From positions 1-59,613 of the forward strand of contig JALEII010000023.1 in the NCBI GenBank assembly GCA_022770345.1: 59,613 nt of DNA. The letters are read 5' to 3'. The translations under genes were made by a program, and so were the position numbers. The notes under the pieces were generated by a model. The model saw only the letters and a list, made by a program, of their open reading frames with translations. It was not told the origin of the DNA and did not search any database. The first letter of the stretch is position 1. Each line of letters opens with the position of its first letter. The stretch is from Clostridiales bacterium. GTDB taxonomy: Bacteria; Bacillota; Clostridia; Oscillospirales; Oscillospiraceae. Shown here in pieces: positions 46,734-58,863 of this stretch.

Positions 46734-47348
46734 ATGACCGGTTTGATCTTGTATTTTGCCGTGAGCCTGCTCATCGGCATTCTGGCCTGTTTCTTCGGGA
46801 AAAAGATGTTTTTCCAGGTTTTTGCCGCTGTGGCGTTTCTGGTGGTGTTTGATATTGCCCTGACCCGGGGCGACGGCACCACGCTGACGCTCATCATTGC
46901 CGTGCTGCTGGGTGTTGCGGCGGCGTTCCTGTCCAAGTATCTTTATAAGCTCAGCGTGTTTCTGCTGGGGGCATTGGCCGGTGCGGGCATCGGCTCCCTG
47001 CTCTCCACGCTTCTCTCCTCTCAGATCGGCTCTTACAGCTGGGCGGTGATTCTGGGCTGCGCCATGCTGCTGGGCTTCTGCGCCCTACGCTGGGGCAAGC
47101 TGTTCATCATCGGCTCCACCGCCTACCTTGGCGCCGGTGTCCTGGCTCCCAGAGTGTACTTCCTGGTGCAGCACTTTGCCGACCTGAATGCCTACGCCGG
47201 CAGCGACATTGTGGGCACCATGCAAGCCCTCCACGATCATGTGTCCGGCCCCTTTGCTGATGCCAACAGTGAAATTATTTTGACCATCACCATCGTTCTG
47301 ACCATCTGCGGCTTCCTGTTCCAGCGTTTCTTCGGCTGGAAGGATTAA
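46734..47348 (+). CDS. DUF4203-like multi-pass membrane protein
   Basis: CFFG N-terminal motif, TAYLGA, C-terminal GFLFQ; 6-7 TM. Confidence 0.75.
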   Translation: MTGLILYFAVSLLIGILACFFGKKMFFQVFAAVAFLVVFDIALTRGDGTTLTLIIAVLLGVAAAFLSKYLYKLSVFLLGALAGAGIGSLLSTLLSSQIGSYSWAVILGCAMLLGFCALRWGKLFIIGSTAYLGAGVLAPRVYFLVQHFADLNAYAGSDIVGTMQALHDHVSGPFADANSEIILTITIVLTICGFLFQRFFGWKD

Positions 47349-47419
47349 AAAGCAAAGCGCACAATCTGCGACACCCCCGACCCACCCGGGGGTGTCTTTG
47401 CACCATTTCCGTCAGGCAT

Positions 47420-47445
47420 TGTAGGGGCATGCCGTCGCCCCTACA
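47420..47445. repeat. GTAG-type REP-like palindrome
   Basis: TGTAGGGGC-N8-GCCCCTACA. Confidence 0.5.
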
Positions 47446-47469
47446 CACATCCATCCGATTGCCTACCAT

Positions 47470-47513
47470 CCCTCATCCGGTCCCTTCGGGACCACCTTTC
47501 TCCAGGGGAAGGT
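47470..47513. repeat. CCCTCATCCG...CTTCGG...CCACCTT...GGAAGG-type extragenic repeat
   Basis: GGTCCC-TTCG-GGACC and ACCTTTCTC/GGGGAAGGT tandem hairpins. Confidence 0.5.
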
Positions 47514-47627
47514 GATTGACACGGATCGTTTCACCTTTTTGCCTCACATAGCAAAATCGGGATGTCCCTTCCAAGGCATCCCGATTGGTTCATATAAAGA
47601 GAAAAAGCACGCTCTTGGCGTGCTTTT

Positions 47628-47701
47628 TGGAGCGGGTAATGGGAGTCGAACCCACCTATCAACCTTGGGAAGGTCGCATTCTACCGATGAATTATACCCG
47701 C
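47628..47701 (-). tRNA. tRNA-Gly(CCC)
   Basis: GCGGGTA/TACCCGC acceptor, CGACC-TTCCCAA-GGTTG arm, TCCA end; TTGCTA-17-TATAAT promoter; hairpin at 47602-47628. Confidence 0.96.
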
Positions 47702-47761
47702 ATCGTGGGTCTATTATAGCAGACCCGTTTCAAAATAGCAAGTCTTTTTTTGTCGTTTGGC

Positions 47762-48310
47762 TCAAATTTCTTTGGCAAAGGTCTTCCCGGTCAGCACCGT
47801 GGAGCGGATGAAGGAGAACGTCTCCTTTTCCCCCTTTTCCTTCAGCATGGTCAGTAAGAATTCCAACTCCCGGGCAGTCTGGGGGTGCATGAAATGCCGC
47901 TCCTTGCTCCGGGAAAAATAGGCCAGTGGCGAAGCGGGGGTATAGTTCTTCCCCTCGTAGGTCATGCAGGCCGCCCGACGGTCCATGACCATCTCGGCCA
48001 GATATTTTCTTGGCATGGGTACCGGGGCATACCTTCCCGTTCCGGGGAGGATGTCGGTCCAGTATTCATAGTGATGACGGTTGCGGCCCTTGTGGTGCAT
48101 CCAGGCTACGCTGTACCCCTCCGCCTCCCGCTGGGCGCTGTTGGGGGAGCGGTTGCCCTGAAAATATTTTGCCCCGCTCCAGAACTCCGTAGGGGAGAAT
48201 TTGGACAGGTCATGGGTCAGGCCCTGCCAGTAAAGGCCCACCCGAAAGCACCCCTGCCGTACCAGCCGGCGGTGGTGGCAGATGGTCTTCAAATGCTGCC
48301 ATGGTTTCAT
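47762..48310 (-). CDS. DUF5662 family protein
   Basis: HDLSK, AWMHHKGRNRHHYEYW, EMVMDR. Confidence 0.85.
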   Translation of the reverse strand: MKPWQHLKTICHHRRLVRQGCFRVGLYWQGLTHDLSKFSPTEFWSGAKYFQGNRSPNSAQREAEGYSVAWMHHKGRNRHHYEYWTDILPGTGRYAPVPMPRKYLAEMVMDRRAACMTYEGKNYTPASPLAYFSRSKERHFMHPQTARELEFLLTMLKEKGEKETFSFIRSTVLTGKTFAKEI

Positions 48311-48431
48311 TTCCGCATCCCTCCGCAGGGTATTCTAGCAGAAAAACGTTTCAAATGCAATCCTTTCCGGAAATCTTGCGCTTTTTCTTTTTCTATGCTA
48401 TAATAAAAAACAAAATGGGAGGTGTGGGCTT

Positions 48432-48662
48432 ATGGCAGCCTATGAAGTGGTGCGGGAGATTCAGAATCTCTGCCGGAACAACCAGATGCGGGACGTTTTC
48501 TTCGATGAAGTGGAGACCGACGACCCGGAAAGTTATGTGCGGACGATGTTCAAGGCCGAAAAGGCAGAGCTGACCGTTGCCCGCCAGGAAGATGGCAGCG
48601 TCACCGTTTTCGCCGCCAGCGACGGCCTGACCCAGAAATTTCTCTTTACCCCCATCGACTAG
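48432..48662 (+). CDS. Small hypothetical protein (76 aa)
   Basis: GGAGGT RBS, host-like codons, TTGCGC-17-TATAAT promoter upstream. Confidence 0.8.
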   Translation: MAAYEVVREIQNLCRNNQMRDVFFDEVETDDPESYVRTMFKAEKAELTVARQEDGSVTVFAASDGLTQKFLFTPID

Positions 48663-48677
48663 AAAGGAGATTTTCCG

Positions 48678-50036
48678 ATGGACCAGCAGGAAGAAAAATT
48701 TATTCGAATGACCCAGCCCCCAGTGGGCGGGCTCATCCTCAGGCTGGCCGTACCTTGCATCGTCAGTATGCTGGTAACGACATTCTATAATATGGCGGAC
48801 ACCTTCTTCGTGGGAATGCTGAAAAGCAACGCCGCCACCGGCGCCGTTGGCGTGGTGTTCTCCATGATGACCATTATCCAGGCGGTGGGCTTCTTCTTTG
48901 GCCACGGCAGCGGCAACTATATATCCCGGCAGCTGGGCAGTAAGAACTATGACGAGGCCTCCAAAATGGCCGCCACGGGCTTTTTCTCCGCTCTGACCGC
49001 CGGACTGCTCATCTGCATTCTGGGCCAGATCTTCCTGCGGCCTCTGGCACGGCTCTTAGGCTCCACGGAGACCATTCTTCCCTACACGGAAGCCTATCTG
49101 CGGGTCATTCTGATCGGGGCTCCCTGGATGACCGCCTCCCTGGTGCTGAACAATCAGCTGCGCTTCCAGGGCAGCGCCAGCTATGCCATGGTGGGCATCA
49201 CCGCCGGTGCGGTGCTGAACATTGCTCTGGACCCCATTATGATCTTCCGGATGAATTTGGGTGTGGCCGGTGCAGGCTGGGCCACCATCATCAGCCAGCT
49301 GGTCAGCTTCTGCCTGCTGCTGGCCGGATGCCGCAAAGGCTCCAACGTGCACCTGCATATCAGGAACGTCCAATTCAAGGGCTTCTACTACAAGATGATC
49401 GTTAAGGGCGGTCTGCCCTCCCTGGCCCGGCAGGGTCTTGGATCTCTGGCCACCATCTGCCTGAATCAGGCCTGCCGGGGCTACGGCGACGCAGTCATTG
49501 CCGCCATGGGCGTGGTCCAGCGTATCACCCAGTTCGGCGGCTCGGCCATGATCGGCTTCGGCCAGGGCTTCCAGCCGGTCTGCGGCTTCAACTACGGGGC
49601 CAAGCTCTATAAGCGGGTAAAGGACGGCTTCTGGTTCTGCGTGAAGTATTCCTTCCTGTTCCTGGTGGTTGTCAGCGCTCTGGGCTATGTTTTTGCGCCC
49701 CAGCTGATTGCCCTGTTCCGGGACGACCCGGAGGTCATTGCCTGCGGCACCACGGCTCTGCGGCTCCAATGCCTGACCTTCCCCCTGCAAAGCTGGCTCA
49801 TCCCCGCCAACATGATGGAGCAGACCATTGGCCGGACCATCCCGGCCACATTCCTGGCCGCTGCCCGGCAGGGCGTGTTCTTCATCCCGGCAGTTCTGAT
49901 TTTGCCGCTGATAATGAAGCTGCTCGGCATTCAGGCAGCCCAGTCCGTTGCGGATATTCTGAGTTTTATCAGTGCCGTTCCCATCCAGCTTTATGTGATG
50001 AAGACCATGGATCGGGAATCCATTCAAAGAAAGTGA
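48678..50036 (+). CDS. MATE family efflux transporter
   Basis: YNMADTFFVG, LNIALDP, GVAGAGWAT, GFNYGA. Confidence 0.95.
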   Translation: MDQQEEKFIRMTQPPVGGLILRLAVPCIVSMLVTTFYNMADTFFVGMLKSNAATGAVGVVFSMMTIIQAVGFFFGHGSGNYISRQLGSKNYDEASKMAATGFFSALTAGLLICILGQIFLRPLARLLGSTETILPYTEAYLRVILIGAPWMTASLVLNNQLRFQGSASYAMVGITAGAVLNIALDPIMIFRMNLGVAGAGWATIISQLVSFCLLLAGCRKGSNVHLHIRNVQFKGFYYKMIVKGGLPSLARQGLGSLATICLNQACRGYGDAVIAAMGVVQRITQFGGSAMIGFGQGFQPVCGFNYGAKLYKRVKDGFWFCVKYSFLFLVVVSALGYVFAPQLIALFRDDPEVIACGTTALRLQCLTFPLQSWLIPANMMEQTIGRTIPATFLAAARQGVFFIPAVLILPLIMKLLGIQAAQSVADILSFISAVPIQLYVMKTMDRESIQRK

Positions 50037-50045
50037 GTTTTTTCT

Positions 50046-50822
50046 ATGTCTCCTATCGTATTTATCATTCTTCTGACCCTTATCACCGGCGTAGGCGGCC
50101 TGGCCTTCGGCGGCTTGCTGGCAAGCCTGCTGAAACGGGAGTCCCCGGTGGCCAGCGGCTTGCTGCTGAGCTTCACGGCAGGACTGATGCTGTGCATCGT
50201 GGCGTTGGACATGGTGCCGGAATCCGCCGAAGCCGCCCCCTCCATCTGGATCACACCGCTATGCCTGGTGGCCGGGTTCGGCATCACCTACTTCCTGAAC
50301 TGCTGGATCGATAAGAGCCAGCACCATGAGGACGACCACCACTCCCACCAGTGCGCCTGTGGCCACCACGACCTGCACACAGCGGGCATCGTGCTGGCAG
50401 CCGCCGTAGCCCTCCACAATGTCCCTGTGGGCATGGCAGTGGGCACCAGCGTGTCCATTCAGGGCATGGGCTGGGCCAGCATTCTGGCCGCCGTGACCAT
50501 CGGCCTGCACAACATCCCGGAGGGAATGTCCATCGCCATCCCCCTGCTCCACGATGGCTCCAAGCGGGCCGGAGCCATCGCCATCAGCGCCCTCAGCGGC
50601 ATTCCCACGGTGCTGGGCGCGCTGCTGGGCTATTTCATCGGCAGCAAGGCCGCTTCGGCTCTGTCCGTGGCCATGGCCCTGGCCGGCGGTGCCATGCTCT
50701 ATGTGGTGTTCTTCGAGCTACTGCCGGAAAGCTACCGGACCTGGCAGTCCAAATGGACCATTCTGGCCACCGTCGTGGGCTTCGCCACCGGGGTCCTGCT
50801 CCTGCTGAGCCACCACGGTTAA
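50046..50822 (+). CDS. ZIP family metal transporter (ZupT/GufA-like)
   Basis: LHNVPVG and LHNIPEG, His-rich loop, GAMLYV..ELLPE. Confidence 0.92.
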   Translation: MSPIVFIILLTLITGVGGLAFGGLLASLLKRESPVASGLLLSFTAGLMLCIVALDMVPESAEAAPSIWITPLCLVAGFGITYFLNCWIDKSQHHEDDHHSHQCACGHHDLHTAGIVLAAAVALHNVPVGMAVGTSVSIQGMGWASILAAVTIGLHNIPEGMSIAIPLLHDGSKRAGAIAISALSGIPTVLGALLGYFIGSKAASALSVAMALAGGAMLYVVFFELLPESYRTWQSKWTILATVVGFATGVLLLLSHHG

Positions 50823-50834
50823 ACTCGGTACGGT

Positions 50835-50870
50835 AATACCCGCAGATTTTCAAATCTGCGGGTATTTTTT
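50835..50870. terminator. Bidirectional terminator
   Basis: AATACCCGCAGATTT/AAATCTGCGGGTATT followed by a T-tract. Confidence 0.85.
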
Positions 50871-53865
50871 ATTCGCTTCTCAGCGCCACAACCGGGTCCT
50901 TCTTGGCGGCGGACCGGGAAGGGATGATACCGGCGATGAGGGTCAGCAACACACTGATGGCCACCAACACCAGCGCAGCCTGCCAGGGAAGATAGGCTCG
51001 CAGGCTCTCAATGCCCGTAAAGTGCCGGAGAATAGCGTTGATGGGGATACACAGGCCCCAGGTCACACCCACGCCCAACAGGCCGGACGTGAAGCCGATG
51101 ATGACCGTCTCGGCATTGAACATACTGGACACATTGGCCTTGGAGGCACCGATGGCCCGGAGGATACCAATCTCCTTGGTGCGCTCCTGAACGGAGATCA
51201 GCGTAATGACGCCAATCATAATGGAGGACACCACCAGCGACACCGCCACGAAGGCAATGAGCACATAGGTAATGGCGTTGATGATGGTGGTCACAGAGTG
51301 CATCATCAGGCCCACATAGTCCGTGTATCTGATTTGCTCCAGCTCTTCCCGGCCGGAATTGTAGTCTGAAATGGCCTCCTCGATGACATCCTTGTCCTCA
51401 AAAGAAGCGGCGTAGAGATTGATGGAGTCGGGAGAATCCAGATTTACATAACCTAACTTCTTCAAATTCTCCTCATAAGTGGAGTCGGAGAACTGCAGGA
51501 CCTCATCATAATATTCTGCGCACTGCTCCGTGGTGTAATCCGGGGCAGCCGCATCCAGCATGGCCGCCATCTGGCTTGGCTCCAACAGAGCAAGCTGCTG
51601 GGCAACCCCGGCGGTATACTGGGCCTTCACCTGCTCGGTGATGAGCTGGGTGACCATGTCGTTGAAATCCTCGTCGGAAAGGCCCGTCAGGTAATCGGAG
51701 ATCTGCTGGGAATCCATGCCGGTCTGCTCCGCCATAGCCGCCAACAGTTGGGCCTGCAGGTCCTCCCGGCTCTTGCCCTCCATGGCATGGGCCACGCCGT
51801 TGTCCAGCACCTCCTGGGGCGGAATGGACGCAATCGCCAGATACACATCAGCCTTGTCCTGCTCGCTCAGATCTTCCAGATACTCCCGGAAGGCCGCTTC
51901 CTTTTCCGCATCCGTCAGATTGCCGGTGTTCTCCTGGAAGGGCAGGCCGGTGAATATATCCCGGGTGGGGTCCGCCAGCTGGGCCGCCACCGCATCGGTT
52001 TTCTGGCCCTGCTCGATGAGGTACTCCGTCAGCTTGCCGGTATAGCCGATGGTTCCGGTGAGCATGGAGGACACGGCATCGTCGCTGGGCCGGATGATGC
52101 CCGTGACCCGCAAGTCCAGGCCGTTGTCGTAAAGATATTTCAGGCCGGTGCTGGTGTTCCGCAGGTCCGTATAAGTGCCGGTGGAAGCGTCATAGGTGTA
52201 GCAATCGCCGTTCAGCACCACCCGAAAATCCATATTGCAGATGTCCTCGTAGCTCCACTTTTCCTCGGCGGGTTCTACATGGGTCTTATCAATGGCTGCC
52301 TGGGCCAGTTCGTCAATTTCCGCCTTGGGCTTCAGGCCCAGAGCATACAGGGTCATGTCGTCCACTTCCCCGTTCTCGTCCACCACCAGCACCACTTCAT
52401 CGTACCGGCTGGGCCAGCGGCCATAGACCAGATCGTACTGCTTTTCCAGCAGCGGGCTGATGATGGCCCCGTCGTCGCCGGGGAGCATTTCCTGCCAGAC
52501 CTTGGCCCCGGAACTCATGGTGGACACGGAGGAGGAAATGCCCAGCTGGCTCTGGACCGAGGACATGGCGGTCATATCCACCCCGAAATACTCGATCATC
52601 AGGTCCCGCATGAGGCTCTGTACATCGGAATAGAGAATGGTATCGTCCACGCTTTTGGTGTACACCAGCAGGTCCATGTCATAGGTGTACTGCACACCGC
52701 TGACGGCGGTATTCAAGGGGCTGCTCTCCTGGGAGCGCTGCTCCTCCAGATACGTCTTAAAGGCTTTCAGGTCGTTTTTCCTGGACTCCATGGAGCTCAG
52801 AGCGTTGACCATATCGTAGACCATGGATTTCTGGTACACTGCGTCCTGTTCATGCTCCCCGGCGGACTGGGCACTGCCCATGAAGGTCATTAAAAAGCTG
52901 CTCATGTCCATGCTCTGGGCTTCCAGTGTCAGGGGATAGGAGGACAGGGTGTCCTCCTGCATGGTGTTGATATAGGCAGTGGTCCCCTGGGACACGGCAT
53001 AAATAAGCGCAATGCCGATGATGCCGATGGACCCGGCGAAGGCCGTCAGGGCCGTGCGACCCTTCTTGGTGAACAGGTTCCGCAGGGACAGGCCGAAGGC
53101 CGTCCACGCAGACATGGAGGGCCGCTTGGTCTTGATCATTTTCTGCTCGTCTGCCTCATGAATGCGCTCCCCCACCAGTTCCTCGGCGGTCAGCGGACGT
53201 GTATCCCCAGTGACCTCGCCGTCCAGCACCCGGATAATACGACTGGAATACCGTTCGGCAAGCTCCGGATTGTGGGTAACCATGATAACCAGCCGGTCCC
53301 GGGCAATTTCATGGAGAATTTCCATGACCTGAACGCTCGTCTCCGTGTCCAGAGCGCCGGTAGGCTCATCGGCCAGGATAATATCCGGGTCATTGACGAT
53401 GGCCCGGGCGATGGCCACCCGCTGCATCTGTCCGCCGGACATCTGATTGGGCCGTTTTTTCAACTGATTGCCCAGGCCCACTTTTTTCAAGGCCTCCACG
53501 GCCCGCTTCCGCCGCTCCTTCCGGGACACGCCGGAGAGGGTCAGTGCCAGCTCCACATTTTCCAGCACCGTCTGGTGGGGAATGAGGTTATAGCTCTGGA
53601 ACACGAAGCCCACGGAATGATTCCGGTAGGCATCCCAGTCCCGGTCTCCGAAATTCTTCGTGGAACGGCCGTTGATGATCAGGTCGCCGCTGGTATATTG
53701 GTCCAGCCCGCCGATGATATTCAGCATGGTGGTCTTACCGCAACCGGAGGGGCCCAGAATGGACACGAACTCGCTGGAGCGGAATTGGAGGCTGACCCCT
53801 TTCAAGGCCTCCACGTTTCCGTCTCCTGCCGGGTAGACCTTGGTGATGTTTTTCAGCTCTAGCAT
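50869..53865 (-). CDS. MacB-like ABC transporter, ATP-binding/permease fusion
   Basis: [22 protein letters not shown]; FtsX-type [14 protein letters not shown]; DPVVALRSE. Confidence 0.93.
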   Translation of the reverse strand: MLELKNITKVYPAGDGNVEALKGVSLQFRSSEFVSILGPSGCGKTTMLNIIGGLDQYTSGDLIINGRSTKNFGDRDWDAYRNHSVGFVFQSYNLIPHQTVLENVELALTLSGVSRKERRKRAVEALKKVGLGNQLKKRPNQMSGGQMQRVAIARAIVNDPDIILADEPTGALDTETSVQVMEILHEIARDRLVIMVTHNPELAERYSSRIIRVLDGEVTGDTRPLTAEELVGERIHEADEQKMIKTKRPSMSAWTAFGLSLRNLFTKKGRTALTAFAGSIGIIGIALIYAVSQGTTAYINTMQEDTLSSYPLTLEAQSMDMSSFLMTFMGSAQSAGEHEQDAVYQKSMVYDMVNALSSMESRKNDLKAFKTYLEEQRSQESSPLNTAVSGVQYTYDMDLLVYTKSVDDTILYSDVQSLMRDLMIEYFGVDMTAMSSVQSQLGISSSVSTMSSGAKVWQEMLPGDDGAIISPLLEKQYDLVYGRWPSRYDEVVLVVDENGEVDDMTLYALGLKPKAEIDELAQAAIDKTHVEPAEEKWSYEDICNMDFRVVLNGDCYTYDASTGTYTDLRNTSTGLKYLYDNGLDLRVTGIIRPSDDAVSSMLTGTIGYTGKLTEYLIEQGQKTDAVAAQLADPTRDIFTGLPFQENTGNLTDAEKEAAFREYLEDLSEQDKADVYLAIASIPPQEVLDNGVAHAMEGKSREDLQAQLLAAMAEQTGMDSQQISDYLTGLSDEDFNDMVTQLITEQVKAQYTAGVAQQLALLEPSQMAAMLDAAAPDYTTEQCAEYYDEVLQFSDSTYEENLKKLGYVNLDSPDSINLYAASFEDKDVIEEAISDYNSGREELEQIRYTDYVGLMMHSVTTIINAITYVLIAFVAVSLVVSSIMIGVITLISVQERTKEIGILRAIGASKANVSSMFNAETVIIGFTSGLLGVGVTWGLCIPINAILRHFTGIESLRAYLPWQAALVLVAISVLLTLIAGIIPSRSAAKKDPVVALRSE

Positions 53866-53956
53866 GGTATAATTCCTTTCCCGATAAAAAGCTGCGAATG
53901 GGGTAATTATACCATATTTGATGGTTCGATTGTGAACAAGCTGCAAATTCTAATAA

Positions 53957-53989
53957 AAATACTGCAAGGCCGAAGCCTTGCAGTATTCT
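53957..53989 (-). terminator. groEL terminator
   Basis: AATACTGCAAGGC-CGAA-GCCTTGCAGTATT. Confidence 0.8.
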
Positions 53990-54005
53990 GGTTTTGACTT
54001 TTGGC

Positions 54006-55643
<1,638 letters not shown>

Positions 55644-55651
55644 TTACCTCC

Positions 55652-55927
55652 TTAGTCGGTGACGACAGCCAGAATGTCGTCCTGCTTCACGAATTTATAA
55701 TCCACGCCATCCAGCTTGATCTCGCTGCCGGTGTACTTGCCCACGACCACCCGATCGCCGGTCTTGACGGTCATGGTCACGTCCTTGGTACCGGGGCCCA
55801 CGGATACCACCTCATAGATGGCGGGCTTCTCTTTATTGGTGGTGGCCAGGATGATGCCGGACACGGTGGTCTCCTGAGCCTCGTTCTGCTTCAGCAGCAC
55901 ATTGTCAGCCATAGGTTTCAGTTTCAT
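55652..55927 (-). CDS. groS: Co-chaperonin GroES
   Basis: LKPMADNV, SGIIL, KEKP, DILAVV. Confidence 0.97.
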   Translation of the reverse strand: MKLKPMADNVLLKQNEAQETTVSGIILATTNKEKPAIYEVVSVGPGTKDVTMTVKTGDRVVVGKYTGSEIKLDGVDYKFVKQDDILAVVTD

Positions 55928-55991
55928 GGTTCATTCCTCCATACGTCGATATTTTAGCCTGCCGGTGTTGCCCGGCTTGGTTCTACATGTT

Positions 55992-56018
55992 TTAGCACTC
56001 GCTCTTCCTGAGTGCTAA
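55992..56018 (-). promoter_or_regulatory. CIRCE element (HrcA operator)
   Basis: Exact TTAGCACTC-N9-GAGTGCTAA just downstream of a TTGCAT-16-TATGAT promoter. Confidence 0.97.
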
Positions 56019-56224
56019 CATATCATACCACACTCTGGAAAAAATGCAAGAGGGAAAAGCGTCGAATTCGTAAAAAATTTATGAATTCCTGGGGCCACCC
56101 TCCCCCGTCGGCGGTCCACCGCCGAAAAAATCATAATACACTCCAAAAAGAGTACAAAATCCTCTTGCATTTTGGCCGGTTTCTCATTATAATGACACTA
56201 TGCTCAAAAATCGGAGGAATGGGT

Positions 56225-56959
56225 GTGGGGGAACTGATCGCTGTGCTGTCCGGAAAAGGCGGCACGGGTAAAACATCTGTCTGTGCTGGCATCGCCACAG
56301 CTCTGGCCGAGGGCGGCAAAAGCGTACTGTGCATCGACTGCGACATCGGCCTGAGGAACCTGGATATTTCCCTGGGGCTAAGTGAGGTCGGGGCGCTCTC
56401 CTTTCTGGACGTGAGCCAGCGAGGCTACGCCCTTGCGAAAGCCACCCGGCATCCGGCATTCCCGGACCTCCAATTTCTGACGGCCCCCGTTTCCTGGGCC
56501 CCCGGGGATATTGACTTCCCGGCCTTCGCCGCCATGCTCCGGCAGGCTGCCGAGCGGTACGACTATGTGCTGCTGGATGCCCCCGCAGGCATTGAGGAAG
56601 GCTTCCGCCTGGCCGCCCGCTACGCCGGGCGCATCCTGCTGGTTACCGGACCGGACCCGGCCGCCATCCGGGACGCAGGCCGTACAGGAGAAGTTTTACA
56701 GGAAATGGGCAAGGACAATATCCGTCTCATTGTCAACAGAGTCAACAAAAAGCTGGTAACCGCCATGCACCTGACCGTGGACGATGTGATGGACCGGACG
56801 GGTCTGCCCCTGTTGGGGCTGGTGCCGGAGGATGCCAATGTGACCCTGGCCGCCGCTTCCTCCAAGCCCCTTCTTTACCAAACCAAGCGGGGGGCCGCCG
56901 CCGCCTGCCGCCGGATCGCCCGGCGCATCGAGGGCAGCGTGGTTCCCATTGCCCTATAA
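56225..56959 (+). CDS. minD: MinD-family ATPase
   Basis: SGKGGTGKT, DCDIGLRNLD, DAPAGI, IVNR; GGAGG 7 nt before GTG. Confidence 0.88.
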   Translation: MGELIAVLSGKGGTGKTSVCAGIATALAEGGKSVLCIDCDIGLRNLDISLGLSEVGALSFLDVSQRGYALAKATRHPAFPDLQFLTAPVSWAPGDIDFPAFAAMLRQAAERYDYVLLDAPAGIEEGFRLAARYAGRILLVTGPDPAAIRDAGRTGEVLQEMGKDNIRLIVNRVNKKLVTAMHLTVDDVMDRTGLPLLGLVPEDANVTLAAASSKPLLYQTKRGAAAACRRIARRIEGSVVPIAL

Positions 56960-56987
56960 AGAGATATACTATTAAGGAGTGATCCCT

Positions 56988-57401
56988 GTGAACATTGCAC
57001 TGATGGCCCACGATAAGAAGAAGGAACTGATGGTTCAGTTCTGCACCGCTTACAAGAGCGTTCTCATGAAACACACCCTTTACGCCACCGCTACTACCGG
57101 CCGTCTGGTGGCGGACAGCACCGGTATGCCTGTGACGCTGCTGCTGTCCCATAAGCAGGGCGGTCACCAGCAGATCAACGCCCGCATTGCCTACAACGAG
57201 ATCGATATGGTGCTGCTCTTTACGGACCCCAATACCACCGATCCCCAGGAAAATGCCCAGCTGGTGGAAACCATCCGCCACTGCGACCGGCAGAACGTTC
57301 CCATTGCCACCAACCTGGCCACCGCTGAAATGCTCATCATGGGTCTGCAGCGGGGCGATCTGGATTGGCGGGAGATGTACGGAAACCGTCCCAGATACTA
57401 A
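56988..57401 (+). CDS. mgsA: Methylglyoxal synthase family protein (divergent active site)
   Basis: IALMAHDKKKE, ATATTG, QQI, PIATNLATAE. Confidence 0.88.
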   Translation: MNIALMAHDKKKELMVQFCTAYKSVLMKHTLYATATTGRLVADSTGMPVTLLLSHKQGGHQQINARIAYNEIDMVLLFTDPNTTDPQENAQLVETIRHCDRQNVPIATNLATAEMLIMGLQRGDLDWREMYGNRPRY

Positions 57402-57478
57402 ACCCACGGACCGCCTGCCTCCGGCGGGCGGTTTTTCTACGCCGAAAAGGCCATCATCCCAGAAAAGAGGAAAAATCT

Positions 57479-58837
57479 ATGGAACGAATCAAACCCCGGA
57501 CCCTTTCCGGCTTCATGGAGTTGCTGCCCGGCAAACAGGCCAAAATGGAGCGCATGATGGAAATTCTCCGCACCACCTACGCCCAGTACGGCTTTGCTCC
57601 CCTGGACACCCCGATTATCGAGGATGCCCAGATTTTGCTGGCCAAGGGCGGTGGCGAAACCGAAAAACAAATTTACCGCTTCACCAAGGGCGACAGCGAC
57701 CTGGCTCTGCGCTTTGACCTGACGGTCCCCCTGGCCAAGTATGTGGCCCTGCACTATGGTGAACTGGCCTTTCCCTTCCGCCGCTATCAGATCGGCAAGG
57801 TCTACCGGGGTGAGCGCGCCCAGCGCGGGCGCTTCCGGGAGTTCTATCAGGCCGACATCGACGTTATCGGCGACGGCAAGCTGGATATCACCAACGAGGC
57901 GGAGATGCCCGCCATCATCTACCGCGCCTTCACCCGGCTGGGTCTGAAGCGCTTCTGCATCCGGGTGAACAACCGCAAGATCCTCAACGGGTTCTACGCC
58001 ATGCTGGGCCTGACGGAGCAGTCCGGCGACATTATGCGTACCGTGGACAAGCTGGACAAGATCGGCCCGGACAAGGTTCGCGCCCTGCTCATCAGCGAGG
58101 CGGGCGTGTCTGCCGAAAACGCCGATGAAATTTTGAGGTTCATCGCCATCACCGGCGGCAACGACCAGGTGCTCTCCGCGCTGGAGGGCTACACGGGCCG
58201 GAACGAGATGTTTGACGAGGGGCTGGAGCAGCTCAAGACCGTGGTGAAATACCTCAGTGCCTTCGGCGTTCCGGCGGAGAACTTCGCCGTGGATCTGACC
58301 ATCGCCCGTGGTCTGGACTACTACACCGGCACGGTGTACGAGACCACCCTGCTGGATCACCCGGAGATCGGCTCTGTCTGCTCCGGCGGACGGTACGACA
58401 ACCTGGCCGCCTACTACACCGACAAGCAGCTCCCCGGCGTGGGCATCTCCATCGGCCTGACCCGCCTGTTCTACGTGCTGGGCGAGCAGGGTATGCTGAA
58501 CCCCGACCTGCCCACCGCCCCGGCGGACGTGCTCATCCTGCCCATGACCGAGGATCTGTCCGCCGCCGTCACCCTGGCCACCCGCCTGCGCGATGCGGAC
58601 ATCCGCACCCAGCTCTACACCGAGCAGAAGAAGTTCAAGGCCAAGATGAACTACGCCGACAAGACCGGCGTGCCCTACGTCCTGTTCCTGGGAGAGGACG
58701 AGATCAAGGCCGGCGTCATCGCCTGCAAGGACATGACCTCCGGCGAACAGACCACCCTGCCCTTTGACGAGACGCTTGCCCGCATCCAGGCCGGCCTGGC
58801 GGAGCGGAATAAAGGCACGGTCATTTTGGAGAAGTAA
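57479..58837 (+). CDS. hisS: Histidine--tRNA ligase
   Basis: LRFDLTVP, RGERAQRGRFREFYQ, RGLDYYTG, GGRYD. Confidence 0.97.
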   Translation: MERIKPRTLSGFMELLPGKQAKMERMMEILRTTYAQYGFAPLDTPIIEDAQILLAKGGGETEKQIYRFTKGDSDLALRFDLTVPLAKYVALHYGELAFPFRRYQIGKVYRGERAQRGRFREFYQADIDVIGDGKLDITNEAEMPAIIYRAFTRLGLKRFCIRVNNRKILNGFYAMLGLTEQSGDIMRTVDKLDKIGPDKVRALLISEAGVSAENADEILRFIAITGGNDQVLSALEGYTGRNEMFDEGLEQLKTVVKYLSAFGVPAENFAVDLTIARGLDYYTGTVYETTLLDHPEIGSVCSGGRYDNLAAYYTDKQLPGVGISIGLTRLFYVLGEQGMLNPDLPTAPADVLILPMTEDLSAAVTLATRLRDADIRTQLYTEQKKFKAKMNYADKTGVPYVLFLGEDEIKAGVIACKDMTSGEQTTLPFDETLARIQAGLAERNKGTVILEK

Positions 58838-58863
58838 AGCGGACACATTTCCGCCCCTTCCCC

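Noticed and set aside
53929-53948. Rex box upstream of the MacB-like ABC gene (TTGTGAACAAGCTGCAAA)
   Set aside because: Only the left half-site matches; the right half is too degenerate.
57402-57478. T-box leader for hisS-aspS
   Set aside because: A terminator-like hairpin is present (57410-57436), but there is no GGTGGxACCGCG T-box sequence and the gap is too short.
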